A stretch of DNA of 64,000 nucleotides from Vicugna vicugna. Its lineage: Eukaryota. Positions 34,901 to 63,839 of this stretch are shown here, one piece after another. Below the pieces are notes generated by a model, which worked only from the letters and a program-made list of their open reading frames with translations, was not told the DNA's origin and did no database searches. Where the stretch lies: contig MU057801.1 in assembly GCA_013265495.1 (NCBI GenBank), positions 2,758,765-2,822,764 of the forward strand, given 5' to 3'. The stretch's first letter is position 1. Every line of letters starts with the position of its first letter. Made by a program: the position numbers and the translations under genes.

Positions 34901-35606
34901 AAAAAATCCTTCCCCCTTCCTCCAAAAAAGGCTTTACTGAGCCTTCTCATCACTTCTGGTCGGCCCCCTGAACACCAGCCAGCACAGCTGTCCGCAGGAA
35001 AAGGTTCCACGCAGGAGGCCACGGCTGGGGTTCGGGCGGGTGGTCCTGCACCTGCTGTGTCGGTGTTTTCAGGCCCCAGGAAGCCCAGGTCCATGCCTGG
35101 GACAGCTGTCTAGGGTCCAGGGCAGAGACGGGGTCTCCGGCCTGTAACACAGACGTGGCAGGCGGTGGACGCCTGCCTGTGCTGTGCTCTGGTCAGCAGT
35201 GAGGCCCTGGTGCACAGAGCCCGGCGGGGTGGGCGCCCGGGGCGGGTGGGCTCGGGGCTGCACTGCCCCCCTCCCCCGGCCCAGCAGCTGTCTGCCCCAC
35301 AGTGTGCCGGACGGCGGAGGCCCAGCCTCCCCACAACCCCTTCCTGTGCCTGGACCTCACCTACGTCAGCCTCCTGCTGCGGGAGTTCGGCTTCCCGAGG
35401 GACAAGGAGCTGAAGGTAGGGACCCCCAGCGCCCCTACTCCGGCCCCTTCGTGAGCAGTGCCCACCTTTCACACACACTCCTCCGCCCCTCCTCTTGTCT
35501 TTTCAAGTTGACCCAGAAGATTGATAACGTTGAGACCAGCTGGGCCCTGGGGGCCACCTTCCATTACATCGACTCCCTGAGCAGATGGAAGAGCCCAACT
35601 TCATAG
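22704..35606 (+). CDS. ENTPD6: Ectonucleoside triphosphate diphosphohydrolase 6 (NTPDase6/CD39L2), spliced CDS join(22704..22995,24255..24331,26183..26326,27257..27332,27936..27971,28732..28820,29389..29468,29985..30049,30965..31066,32961..33101,34340..34396,35303..35415,35508..35606), 456 aa
   Basis: The exons splice in frame across GT-AG introns (sum 1371 nt). The protein starts [21 protein letters not shown], has one N-terminal hydrophobic anchor and all five apyrase conserved regions ([44 protein letters not shown]), and ends [11 protein letters not shown]. It lies upstream of PYGB as in human. Confidence 0.97.
24255..24331 (+). CDS. ENTPD6: ENTPD6 coding exon 2
   Basis: ttttcccttAG | (E)[25 protein letters not shown] | gtaacg; 77 nt. 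Confidence 0.95.
24543..24718. repeat. Degenerate CA/TA-rich simple repeat
   Basis: cacatatgtacacacaccacac... imperfect dinucleotide repeat. Confidence 0.85.
25740..25825. other. Assembly gap in ENTPD6 intron
   Basis: Run of N. Confidence 1.
26183..26326 (+). CDS. ENTPD6: ENTPD6 coding exon 3 (ACR2)
   Basis: cacAG | [48 protein letters not shown] | gtgagc; 144 nt. Confidence 0.96.
26529..26661 (+). mobile_element. Vic-1-like SINE in ENTPD6 intron
   Basis: GGAGAGGGTATAGCTCAGTG...GAGGCCCTGCGTTCAGTCC...AAATAAGCCTGGTTACCACTCCC, homologous to the copy at 1445-1583. Confidence 0.8.
27257..27332 (+). CDS. ENTPD6: ENTPD6 coding exon 4
   Basis: ctgcAG | [25 protein letters not shown] | gtagtg; 76 nt; NGT sequon. 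Confidence 0.95.
27936..27971 (+). CDS. ENTPD6: ENTPD6 coding exon 5 (ACR3 second half)
   Basis: ttgcAG | (G)[11 protein letters not shown] | gtgggt; 36 nt. Confidence 0.93.
28732..28820 (+). CDS. ENTPD6: ENTPD6 coding exon 6 (ACR4)
   Basis: ctgcAG | (G)[29 protein letters not shown] | gtaacc; 89 nt. Confidence 0.96.
29389..29468 (+). CDS. ENTPD6: ENTPD6 coding exon 7
   Basis: ccccAG | [26 protein letters not shown] | gtttgt; 80 nt; NRT sequon. Confidence 0.95.
29985..30049 (+). CDS. ENTPD6: ENTPD6 coding exon 8
   Basis: ccacAG | (S)[21 protein letters not shown] | gtgagt; 65 nt. Confidence 0.95.
30965..31066 (+). CDS. ENTPD6: ENTPD6 coding exon 9
   Basis: tttcAG | (A)[33 protein letters not shown] | gtacgc; 102 nt. 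Confidence 0.95.
31600..32250. mobile_element. MER21-like LTR in ENTPD6 intron
   Basis: Shares recognisable segments with 40100-40876 (e.g. gctgaaa...ggttcc...caaccagcccc); family from memory, boundaries approximate. Confidence 0.6.
32961..33101 (+). CDS. ENTPD6: ENTPD6 coding exon 10
   Basis: gaccAG | (A)[46 protein letters not shown] | gtaggg; 141 nt. Confidence 0.95.
   Translation, partial: RGTSISCVPPECPKSFETKCTGRRKRRTWTSMPFPTITISQQTSAS
34340..34396 (+). CDS. ENTPD6: ENTPD6 coding exon 11
   Basis: ccacAG | (D)[18 protein letters not shown] | gtgagt; 57 nt. Confidence 0.95.
35303..35415 (+). CDS. ENTPD6: ENTPD6 coding exon 12
   Basis: ccacAG | (V)[37 protein letters not shown] | gtaggg; 113 nt. 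Confidence 0.95.
35508..35606 (+). CDS. ENTPD6: ENTPD6 last coding exon (ACR5, stop TAG)
   Basis: ttttcaAG | [32 protein letters not shown]; 99 nt. Confidence 0.95.
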   Translation: MTQKIDNVETSWALGATFHYIDSLSRWKSPTS

Positions 35607-36292
35607 GGCCGAGCCGCCGGCCGTCCCCTCAGAAGCACTGATGCTGCGAGAACCGACCCCGGATCCCTGATGAGCGGGGAAGAGGCCACGTGCAGGCTGC
35701 CACCCTCCTCCCCGCGGCCTCACAGGAGGCTCCTGGATGGCAGGGGGCTGGAGTGCGGCCCAGGCCTTGGCTCCAGGTGGGCAGTGACCAGCTGGGGCCA
35801 GGATGGTGCAGCCCGCCATCCCTGTCGTCCCTAGAGCAGGGCTGGGGCGACCGTGACGTGTCCTGGACAGATGTCTGGTTTCATCCTGCTGCTCCCATTG
35901 GGCCCTGGGCCAGCACGTCTCCTCCGAGGGTGCGGACATGTGGCGTCACCCAGCAGTCACTTCCTCAAGTCCTTGGTGGCTCGGGGTGAGCGGACAGAGT
36001 GGCACTGAGACTGGGAAGAGGGGCCGGAGGAGGTGCCTGTTGGTGGCCCGTGTGCCCTGGCCTCTTGAGGCTGTCGAGACCTGTGAACTGCTGGCAGGTG
36101 TCCGAGGCTGTGCTGCGTGAATGATGTTGTCGTGTGGTGTGTGCTGGCGGAGAGCCGTGTTCTGAGCCCAGCGTGTGTCACTGCCCTGTGCGTGTGCAGC
36201 CCCGGAACCGCCCTCAGGTGGTCTTGGTCCGCAGCCGCTCCTGCCTCGGACGCACCATACGTGGAGTAAACTGAGCCTCGTGTTCCGTCCAC

Positions 36293-36298
36293 AATAAA
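36293..36298 (+). terminator. ENTPD6: Proximal polyadenylation signal of ENTPD6
   Basis: First AATAAA after the stop (about 690 nt downstream), followed by T/GT-rich sequence. Confidence 0.7.
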
Positions 36299-37531
36299 GG
36301 GTTTTCCAGGGTCTCTGCTCTGATTGCTCTCGGCGAGCGTCCACCGCATTCCTCCGCCCCAGCACCTGAGGTCCTGCTCAGCAAAGTTCAAACAGAAACC
36401 TGCCCGGGTGGGTGCCAGGTGATGCGGGGTCGAGTCCTGTGGGTGCATCTCGGGAGACACTGGCACCAGGACACACGGAGGCCCAGGCGGTTCTGGGCTG
36501 TGCCCCGCAGCACCGTGGGGCCCGGTGCCTCCAGCACATGGTCAGGGTGAGCGCCGAGCCCCAGGTTGCGGGTTTCAGTGAGGAGCTGGCTTTAATCAGG
36601 GGCAGTCAGAGGGTTGCATGCCAAAGACTGGACAGACCCCCCTCCCTCCCAGGGCGGCAGCGGGTCCCAAGGGATGTGACTGCTGACGCAGCCCACCTTG
36701 TGAGCCTGGGGGACAGCCCTGACGCGGGCGGGCAGGCGGGGGCAGGAGGGGGACGCAGGTGTGATGCCTGAGAAGTGTGAGAATGAGAAGCACTGGGGCC
36801 ACCGCCCTCGCCTGGTGTCCTATCTGGTCTGGGTGGGGGCGTCACGGGGCTCCAGCTGCAGAGGCTGCAGGGAGACCACCAGGATCCAAGCACGGAAAAT
36901 GAGCCAGCTTGCCTCTGCCTGGGGCTCCCCCAGAGCATCAGCCTTGGGGCAGGGGCAGAGGTGAGCGTGTACTACGGCAGGGAGGTGCTGCCGCCAACCA
37001 GGCTGAAGCCCGGGCTCGGCTCTGCGGGGGCCAGAACCGGCCTCTCCCCCCGCTCCCCCCACCGCCACCCCAAGCATCCCTACCAGTTTAGGGAGTTGAA
37101 GGACTCCGGAGGCGAAGAAGGAAAGTGCACGACGGCAAAAGTGAAAATCGACTTGGTCCGTTTGCAGGCTGGCGATCTCACCTGAAAAAGTGTAAATGAC
37201 TGGGCTTTTCCCAAGAGACTCCTGAATAAGTCGTGGAATGTGTCTGAGCCGAGCAAGACACGCAGGTCACTCCCTGGGTGTCTCTGATGCTGTTTCTTAA
37301 AAACAGCCACTCGAGTGACACACACTGGGCAAGGGCCCACCGCACACCCTGCCTTGGGACGTGCGCGCGGCTGTGTGCCCGGCCTCCCGGCCTCACTCGG
37401 AGCCGCCCCGACGCTGCCCTGGCCCCCACCTGGGCAGCAGGACCCATGGCGTGTGCGTGAGCCGCCCTGACACCGCTGGGCCTGGCGGCTGGAACGTGTG
37501 TTGGTTTTCATAGTTCTCAGAGGCGTGTTTG

Positions 37532-37537
37532 AATAAA
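37532..37537 (+). terminator. Possible distal polyadenylation signal of ENTPD6
   Basis: Second AATAAA in a locally AT-rich patch. Confidence 0.3.
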
Positions 37538-38077
37538 GAGTCTAAAGTTTAAGAGTTTAACTTGCAGCTTACGCTGAACAGCGCTGGAGAGGGCTGAAGG
37601 ACGTAAGTTAGAAAGTGATGGAGTCAAAGCGCACTGCTCCCCCTGAGGGAAGCCCGCCCTCTCCGTGCTCACCATGGTTCCGCCGACTCCTCTTCACCTT
37701 CGTGGGGCCGCGTCGTCCAGTGTCTTAGGTGTCGCGGGGGCGTCCCCCCGGAGGCTTGCCGTGACTCTGGGGTCGGATCCCGAGAGGGTGTGGTGTGGAC
37801 TTGGGTCTCTTCCCCCCTGAGACGGACCGAACTCGCGAGTGACATAAACGGACAGGTTGAAATGGCACCCAGGCCGGGCCCCGGAGCTGCCGGGGGTACA
37901 AACTCCTGAGAAGATGGGGCCCTGGTGGGAATGGAGGCCTTTGGGAAGCTGCACTTCTTCCAGAAAACAAAGTTTTGAGCCTGCAGGAAGAGTTAGGGAA
38001 GGATGTCTCTGGAACCCCGCCCCCCACCCGCACAGAGCGGGGACAGATGCTCCAGGCAAGACAAGACATCTTTAACT

Positions 38078-39240
38078 CCTTTTTATTTATTTGTTTTTAA
38101 TTGAAGTGCAGTCAGTTACAGTGTGTCAATTTATGGTGCACAGTGCAATGTCCCCGTCCACACATACACATAGTGGCGTTCAGTCTTGTTCATTAAAGGT
38201 AGTGAGTGTAGTTCCCTGTGCGCTACAGAGGAAACTTGTTTTTTAATCTGTTTTTATATATCGGGGCTAGCACTTACAGTTGAACTCCTCTCTCCAGTTG
38301 AGGTGTCACTGATGTACATCATTGTGCAGTTCAGGTGCACAGCATGATGGCTCCACATTTGTGTGTGCTGTGAAGCAGCTACAGTGACTCCAGATAAGGT
38401 CTCTCACTGTACAGAGTGTTTCTTCTCTTCTTGGGACGAGGACTTTGTCTTAGCACCTGTCACACATACAGCACAGCGCTGTTGACTGTAGTCCCCCTGC
38501 TGTACCTACGGCCCCAGGACCTCTGTTTTAAGACTGGAGGTCTACCTTTTGATCCCACCTACCCCTCAATCTGATCTCTGTTTCTATGAATTCAGTGTTC
38601 TAGATTCCATGTGTAAGTGAGATCATACACTATGTGTCTTTCTTTGTCTGACTCATTTCACTTAGCATAACACCCTCTAGGTCATCCATGTTGTGGCAAG
38701 ATTTAACTCTTTTTATGGCTGAGTAGTATTCCATCGTGTAAATATACCACATCTTTATCCAGCCATCTGCTGAGGGACATTCAGGCTGTTTCCAGGTCTT
38801 GGCTGTTGTAAGTAGTGCTGCTGTGAACGTAGGGGTGCAGGCGTCTTTTCTGATGGGAGATTTCATGTCCTTTGGGTGTATCCTCAGAAGTGGAACTGCT
38901 GAATCGTGTGGCATCATCTCTCACCTTTTGATGACAGCCATCCTGACAGGTGTGAGGTGATAGCTCGCCCTGGTTTTGATTAATGTTTCCATGATGATGA
39001 GTGATGTTGGGTGTCTGTCCATGTGCCTGTTGGCCATCTGTGTGTCTTCTCTGGAAAAATGTCTGTTCAGGTCCTCTGTCCATTTTTAATCAGATTGCTC
39101 TGTTTTGCTTTGTTTCTTGCCGTTGCAGTGCACCAGTTCCTCATGTATTTGGGGTACTGGCCCCTTGTCAGGTGTGTGATTTGACAGTGTTTCCTCCCCT
39201 TCAGCAGGCTGCTTTTTCGTTTTGTTGACGGTTAGCTTTC
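38078..39240 (-). mobile_element. Antisense L1 3' fragments (short young 3' end at about 38078-38280 plus older piece)
   Basis: Minus ORF 38630..38917 KDACTPTFTAALLTTAKTWKQPECP is the L1 ORF2 tail. Confidence 0.85.
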
Positions 39241-40099
39241 TGAGCAGGGCAGGAGCGTTTTCAGTTGTGGCGGTGTTGCCAGGTCTCCCTGTGACTCCCC
39301 GGCGGCTGTGGTGCCTGCCCCCCGGGGCGTCAGCAGCGCAGCTCTGGCCAGTTTCCAGCTGCCTGGCAGGAAAGCAGGGCTGCCTGACAGTTTGTGAGGC
39401 ACCGATCTGATTCCTCTCGCACGTGTGTCTGAGAGAACTTCCTTTTGTGTGAAACACCTGTGCATGTCCCTTGCCAATTTTTCTGTAAGACTGTGGTCTT
39501 TTTCTTACTGATTTTAGGAAATTTTTGTATTTTAAGGAAATCTGCTGTTGTGATAAAATGCTTTACAGTTTCCCCCATTTTATTATTTTTTTGACTTTAC
39601 AGCATTTTTTCAATGCACAGTTTTACTATTTTAAGATATTTAAGTGTATCTAAGTTATGACTTTTTTATACATTCTATCTAAGTTGATGAATTGTGGCTT
39701 TTGTATCATAATTAGAAAAGCTTCCCCACTGAGACAGTGTTGAAAGGGCACACTTTTTTCAGACCTCATTTTAGTTTTTACATTCCTTTAAGAACTCCCT
39801 GCAGATGCTCCTGAGTACTCTCAGGCATAGCAAATCACTGTTTAAGAATAGATTTAGTTTTGAGAACAGTTTCAGAATCACTGGAAGGCTCAAACTGGAA
39901 TAATCCATTTTCGGTTAAAATCAAGGATAGCTGTAAAGTGATGGGGCAGCTCCAAAGGGGGACGTTCAGAAGTGCACAGAGGCCCCGCAGGCCAGCAGTG
40001 TAAACGCAGAGCCTCCCGAGGTGGGCCCTGGAGGAGCCCCCTCGGGTGCGCAGTTTCTGGTGGAGCTGTCTTCAGGTGGCTTATCTGGAGACTGTGAAA

Positions 40100-40876
40100 T
40101 GTGAGGAGGGGAGAGTGGTTTTCTCCCTCCGCTCCTCCACTCGTGCCTCAGCGCTCTGCCCTCGCTGCCTCCCTCCGCCACCAGGGATTTGGGGGTTTCC
40201 GCACCAGGCAGTTCTCAGACACAGTGTCCGCAGCGCAGCTCAGTTCCAACACTGCGCACTGGGTACTTCTGATCCACCAGCTATAAATCAGGTTCCCAAA
40301 CCCCCTCTTCAGATGCTGTAATTTGCTAGAGAGGCTCACAGAACTCAGGAAAACAGCTTATGTCCTGTTGCCAATTTATGACAAAGGGTACAAGCCAAGC
40401 GGCAGATGGAAGAGCCGTGAAGGTGCGAGCTGCAGGGGAGGGCGGCTTCCAGCTCTGGGGCGAGCTGCCTGCCTGCACCTCTGCATCTTCCCCAGCCTGG
40501 AAGCCCTCCAAACCCTGCACGTGGGGCATTTGTATGGGGTCTGTGTAGGTGTGATGGATTGAGTCACTGATTTCCCGTCTCCACCGCAGGGGGCATTGGA
40601 GAGGCTGAAATTCTGAGCTCTCTGATCTCTTGGTTGGTTCCCCGGCAACCAGCCCCCATCCAGTGGTTACGGGGGGGGGGTGTCCCAAACTCACCTCATT
40701 AGCAAAAATTCAGGTATCATTGAAGGGCTGATAGGACTGAGGATGAAAGACCAAGCAGAACAAGAGATGCTCCCGTTGCTCTTGTGTGTAGGAAACCCCT
40801 AGGGCTGGGGAGCTGTGAGCCAGGAATAGCGACGGAGACCAAATACGTATTTCGTGTCGTGAATCACAACATCACA
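40100..40876. mobile_element. MER21-like LTR between ENTPD6 and PYGB
   Basis: TG...CA ends; AATTTGCTAGAGAGGCTCACAGAACTCAGGAAAAC and GAGACCAAATACGTATTTC motifs. Confidence 0.65.
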
Positions 40877-42169
40877 GTCCTAGAAGGAGGCTTTAGGTGG
40901 CCGGGGGCCTGACAGACGTCGGGCTGTTAGAGCCTGGCCCTGCCTCTGAGTGCAGACTCGTCGTCACGGGGTAGCTGCTGACCAGGAAGGGTGTCCTGAA
41001 GGAAGACAGCGGCTCATTTACCGCGTCCTGCCGGGTCAGCATCCAATGGGGCTCGAGGAGGGGTCCCTGCTCAGGCGAGAGGTCAGACCCGGCTACTCCA
41101 AGGGCTCTTCACACTCAAGATCCTTGGATTCGCCTTGAGAGGTACATCCAGCTCTGGCCAGATAAGCACACCCCACGTAGGCCACTCTGTCTCCAGTTAC
41201 GGTAACAAAAGTGGCTGTGTCTGCAGCAGCTCTGCGTGTCGGGCGGGCATGGAGCCAGCTGCTCTCTTGTGTAGCCAGCGATTTACACATCAGGCAGCCG
41301 TGGGCAGGTGCCAGTCATGGCAGCCATGCAGCCGAGAGGCTGGGCCTGACGGAGCCAGGGGCCGAGGATCCAGTCTGGAGGCCCCAGACCCTCAGTGCTG
41401 TGCCCCTCAAGTTAAGACTGTCTCCAGATGGATTTCTCATCACGGCAGGCCTGGCATGCAGCTGTTTATCAGAAGCAGGTTTCTCTGCTAAAGAATCAAT
41501 CATCACAATAATAATGAGCATTGTAATAATTAGAAAACAGTTACAGTGTCTAGAGAAATAAAAACCAGCCCAGGCCTAACGGCCTTCATCTTTCTGATGG
41601 CCTCTGATGTCTTACTTTCCGTGTCACTGATTGGTGGGTAGAGGTCTCCGCTTAAAAGCTAAGTGCAGCCTGGGGAATCTTGGTGTCCGCCTGGGGCTTA
41701 TGCAGCTCAGAAGCAGTCTTCCTCTATGACGCAACCTGTGTCAACAGGCCTCCCTGGAGGTCAGAAGAGCGCCAAAGCTGGCGTTTGTGGCACAGAACCT
41801 GGGGCAGTGGGCTGGCTCCAGATGCAGCTTCCAGGGCATGAGGTGGTCAGAAAACATGGCTGGTGGTTTTCCAGACCCTCCTGGACGGCAGCTCAGGAGC
41901 AAATGAGTTTGCACGTGAAGGTGGCAGAGCTCAGGGACCTGCAGGGGCTTGTCTAAGGCAGCAAGGAAAACGGGGCATATAAGTCAGGGTCTTCAGCTTC
42001 CTGGGGGGAAGATTTCTAAGGGTTTTTAAATGACTTTCTATGCATTGGAATGTTACTTGGCAGTAAAACGATAGGAGTACTGACCTCTGCTCTGATATGG
42101 TGAAGCTTGAAAACATCAGGCCGAGGGGAGGAACCAAACACAAAACATCACGTAACTGCAAGACTCCGT

Positions 42170-42425
42170 TAACACAAAAACACCCAGAACAGGCAAACCC
42201 ACAGAGATAGCAAGCAGATTGGTTGTCGCCTAGGGTGAGGGGCTGGGGGATACATGGGAGCAGCCGCTAATTGGTCTGGGTACAGGGTTTTGAGGGGAGA
42301 GAAGGTTCTAAATTTAGAGGATGGTGATGGTTGTACAACTGTAAAAATGCTAAGCACTATTGAATTGGGCACTTGAAGTGGGTAACTTATACCATGAAAA
42401 TTATATCTCAGTGAAGCAGTTTACG
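42170..42425 (+). mobile_element. L1MB-type 3'UTR fragment
   Basis: CAGGCAAACCCACAGAGA...GATTGGTTG...GGTGATGGTTGTACAACT...ATTATATCTCA. Confidence 0.7.
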
Positions 42426-42579
42426 AAACGAAGACTGGAACTCTGGGAAGGCCGCCACCTGAAACAGCAGATTTCCCTTCAAAGAGTTCCCTGTAGGCAT
42501 CGTGTTCCGGTCTGAGAGCACATGAGCCTTTCTGCTTTGTTCAACTCTTAGGCTTTTTCTTTTAAGTTGATTTTTTTTA

Positions 42580-42985
42580 ATTTTTAAAAATTTTATTTTT
42601 TATTTGACATATAACATTATGTTTGTTTCAGGTGTACAACATAGTGGTTCATTATCTGTACACATCGTGAAATCAGAAGTCCAGTTACCATCCATCACCT
42701 TATATAGTTACAAACTTTTTTCCTTGTTTTTTTTTCTTGTGTCAACAATATTAAGATCTATTCTGTAAGCAGCTTGCAAATATGCAATATAGTATTATTA
42801 ACTATAGCCACCATCTATACATCACATTCCCAGGACTTATTTATTTTATCACCAGAAGTTTGTACCTCTTGACCCCCTTCCCCATCCCACCCACCCTAAC
42901 CCCCCCACCTCTGGCAGCTACCAATCTGTTCTCTGTGTCTGTGAGCTTGGTTTTCTTGTTTGTTTGTTTGTTTGTTTTAGATTCA
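42580..42985 (-). mobile_element. L1 3'UTR fragment
   Basis: T-rich tail; TTTCAGGTGTACAACATAG...TTAACTATAGCCACC...TTTTAGATTC. Confidence 0.75.
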
Positions 42986-44689
42986 GGGACTCCCTGAGCG
43001 TGGGGGCTGCAGAGGCGAGAACCATACTGGGGAGGCCCGTGAGTGCTGGCTGGGTGTCCTTCCCAGGCGCTCACAGCCCTGCACACAGCCCCAGGCTCCA
43101 TGGTTCTGGGGCTGCTTCTCTCCCCACCCCTAGCCCTCTCCCTGACCCCATCCCTGACCACTCACTCTTCTGCTTGCACCCTTTGGGAAGGGACACTTTA
43201 GAATGCCTGCTGGCTGTGGTCAGGGGCCTGCCTTCACCTGTTGCCTTCAGTCCCCCAGGCCCAGCCTGAGGACCTGCCAGGGAGGGGCTGAGACTGGCTT
43301 AGCAAGCTTTCCTGGTTGGGGTCAGTTTGCACGAGCAGGTGCTGGGCTCAGCCCTTGGCTGAGGGACTGTCCAATCTGCAGCCTGGGTAGGATGGCTCTG
43401 GGGAGCATCTGGGAGGCAGGGGAGACCATGAGGAAACTACTGTGGGAATTCCAGCAAGAGGACCCAAGAGAGCAACTGAGGATGGATGTGGGGAGACTGG
43501 ACACCCAGGGAGCAAGATGGCTGGGGGCCCCAGACTCCCTCTTGGGGGACAGGCTTCTTACAGGGAGTCCTTGGGACCTTGGGAGAGAAGGCCTGGTGTT
43601 ACGGGTGAACATCATGTGTAATAAAAGGCTTTTCCAGACGCCATGGGCTCACCCCCGCCCCGCTTTTGTGTCCACGGCTGAGGCTCAGCACCGTCCTTGG
43701 GTCAGCAGGCCCAGAGGCCGGCCCGTCTTAGAACCTCCCATGAGTGGGATTCTGCAGGCTGAGCTCTGTGGCGCTGCCTCCTCCCGCCCAACATCGTTGC
43801 TCCGCACGTTGGATGTGGTCGGGCATTCTCCGCTGCACTCTTCAGCTGTGGGAGTGCACCACAATTCATTTATCAGTGCAGCATCGATGGGCATTTGCCT
43901 GGTTTCTAGTTTGGGACTGTTTGGAATATTTGAATGTTATGAGCACTTCTGTTCATGGCTTTGGATTGGCATGAGCACTTACTTAGGTATTTTCTTTGGA
44001 GTAGAATTGCTGGGTGTTTGTTTAGCTTCAGTGAATACTGCCAGTTTTGCAAAATTGTACCAACCTGTAAGGACTCTTGTTGCTGGAGAAACTATAGGGG
44101 CCAAGATAGGCCTGGGGTGGGGCAGTGAGAGCACCACTGAAGCCAGGGACCCGAAGAGGGCCCTGGGGAACAGCAGCAGCGGCGTGAGTGGTGTAGACCT
44201 GAGGGTTGCCGGTGAGCGAGTGAGCGAGGGGCTCCAGCCCAGGGCCTGCAGGTAGGAACCAGGTGAGAGGCTTTGGGGAGGGGGAGGAGCAGGAGGAGAC
44301 ACAGTCTCATGGCGTGGACAGGAAGAGAGGTGCTGGCAGGAATGGGCCACAAGTCCACGACCCCACCCTCAGCTGTGCATTTTGCGAAACTCAGCTGTAT
44401 TCATTCACCCAGGGGTAAGTGGGTGGCCCCTGCAGCGCGCCCCGCCCACCACGTGACCACGCCCCCAACATAGCCCGTCCTCGCAGAGACCCCTCTCGGA
44501 GGCCGCGGCCCCGCCCGGCGCCGCGCGCAGGCGCGCTCCGCCCCGCCCCCCGCCGCCGGGGCCCAGGGCGCAGTGCGCAGGCGCGGCCGGGCAGCCGGCG
44601 TCGCCGGAGCATCCTCGGTGCGGGCGTGTCCCCGCGGCTGTGCCGGTCCTCGTCCTCCTCGTCCTCGTCCTCCGCGGGCGGCCGCCGCG

Positions 44690-61961
<17,272 letters not shown>

Positions 61962-63839
61962 GTGAGTGCGGCTTGGCTCCCTCGGCCACCTGCAGCCTCG
62001 TTTGCACAGAGGCCAACCTTCTGCCGTCTCCCTCACACTTGCGGGGGAAGACGTCCGAGGGGCCAGAGGCTGGGCTCTGCAAAGCTCTGAGGAAGGGTGA
62101 GCCTCTTCTGAGGCGTCGGACAGCCAAGCAAAATGGTCAAGGCCGTCTGGGCGGAAATGCAGCCCCACCCTCTCCACTGGGCGAGGTGCACGTCTCCCTC
62201 AGTTCGGCGTTTCAGAATGGAAGGACAGCTCTCCACGCAGCTGGAGAGTCGTTTGTTTAAACATGTGGAGTCCAGAAGCCAGAGAAAGCAGGGCCAGAGT
62301 TAGGATCAGAGTCTGTAAGAGGGAATTATCGCAGTCTGCGTGAAGCCCTCGACCTCAGCCGCGTTTGGGTCCTGCAGGTGTGCGCAGCCGTGCGAGCTCA
62401 CCAGCGTTGTGCCTGAGCCCTGGGCACGCCACTGTGTGTATACTAACCTAAACATAAATGCATGGTGAGCACGTGCATGCTGCTTTGTCCTGGAGGGCCG
62501 TGCAGAAATCTGCAGCTTTGTGCCAAAAACTAACGGGTGGGTGGGCGGAGACGTGGTAAACCAGGCACACGGCCTAGGGCGCCGACTCGGCAGAGCCCAG
62601 GTGCCGCGGGTGGGGTGTCACCGCCAGTTCTCTGGCATTTCCGTGTGTTTGAAGGTGCTCATGGTATGATGTCAGCCGAGAGAGGCCTGAGCAAAAGCAA
62701 AAAGAGACAAAATGCTTGTACCATCGCTGAACCTACAGAAACGCTCCCTCCAGCCTTGAAGAGAGGAGAGCACCTTCCCTCCGGTGCCTCCCGGGTGACT
62801 TTGCTCGCGGTTGTGTGTGCACCTCGGCTGCGCCCCAGCCTTGCACGTGGGGCTTGGCCCTTCCTGGCTCTTCTGCAGTGAGACAGCGGGTGTGTTTACG
62901 AGAAGACTGAGGTTCGTCCCGCCGGGGGGTGTTAGGTCACAGGGAGGAAGGTTTTGGTTTTCTGTCCGTCAGTCTGTTTGGCCACAGACACTTCTTTCTT
63001 CTGGTTCCTTGTTCCTGTACCTCTCGCCATCCTGCTTAACAATTTAAAGGCAGTCCTCAGATGACAAGCGAGTGGTAAACTTGCCCCCGTCCCTCCCCGT
63101 TGTCCAGGGAGCCAGGCAGGCAGTGAGTGTGGCTGTAGCACATGGAAGCATGGTCCCTAAGCAGCCTTGGTGGCCAGACTGCCTGTCACGAGGGGTCTCT
63201 GGAGGGGAGACCCCATGCTTCTTGGATCTGGGAAGTGCTGCTTCTGCAGGCAGCTAACTCACTGGCCTGCTCTGGTGAGACAGCCAGGCTGGGATGCTGG
63301 CGTCTCATCGCATCCAGGGACAGGCCACCGGGAAGTCAGGTGGCAGGACAGTCCTGCTAGGAGCGCCCTGGAGCAGACCACGGTGAAGCAGCCACCATCC
63401 TAAGATGCTCGACGACCCAGCTGCTCTTTCTGGGGACCGGCCGTTAATTCACAGACCCCTCAAAATAACATACGTCGTCAAATTGGAAGAAAAAAGACTT
63501 GATCTCATTTAAATTTTAGTTAATTTGGATTCATAATTCTTCACTCACTGCCCAGACAAACTAATTTATTCCATCACTTGGAAGCAGAGAAAGTCCCCAG
63601 GGCGAAGGGAAGAGCAGCCCCACCAAACGCTGCTTCTCCAAGGCTGCTCGGGGCCGTGGGCTGCGTCTAACTTGTGGGAGTGGCTTTTCCGTATTTTCTG
63701 GTTTTAGGTGGCACTGGGTACAGTTTTGGGAAAATACGCTGCCTGGAGGAAGGCGCCACAGAGGTGGTGCCTTCCGGTGGTGTCTGGGCACCCATGGGTC
63801 TGTAAAGCCATTTTCAAAGCAGTGGACTTCCAGTGGTTT

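Noticed and set aside
43203..44255. 350-aa ORF, the longest in the track, just upstream of PYGB
   Set aside because: No recognisable domain; its middle runs through degraded L1-like sequence; long chance ORFs are expected in GC-rich DNA. A BLASTP or PhyloCSF signal would be needed.
35607..44689. ENTPD6-PYGB read-through transcript
   Set aside because: Tandem orientation alone is not evidence; canonical poly(A) signals intervene and PYGB has its own CpG-island promoter
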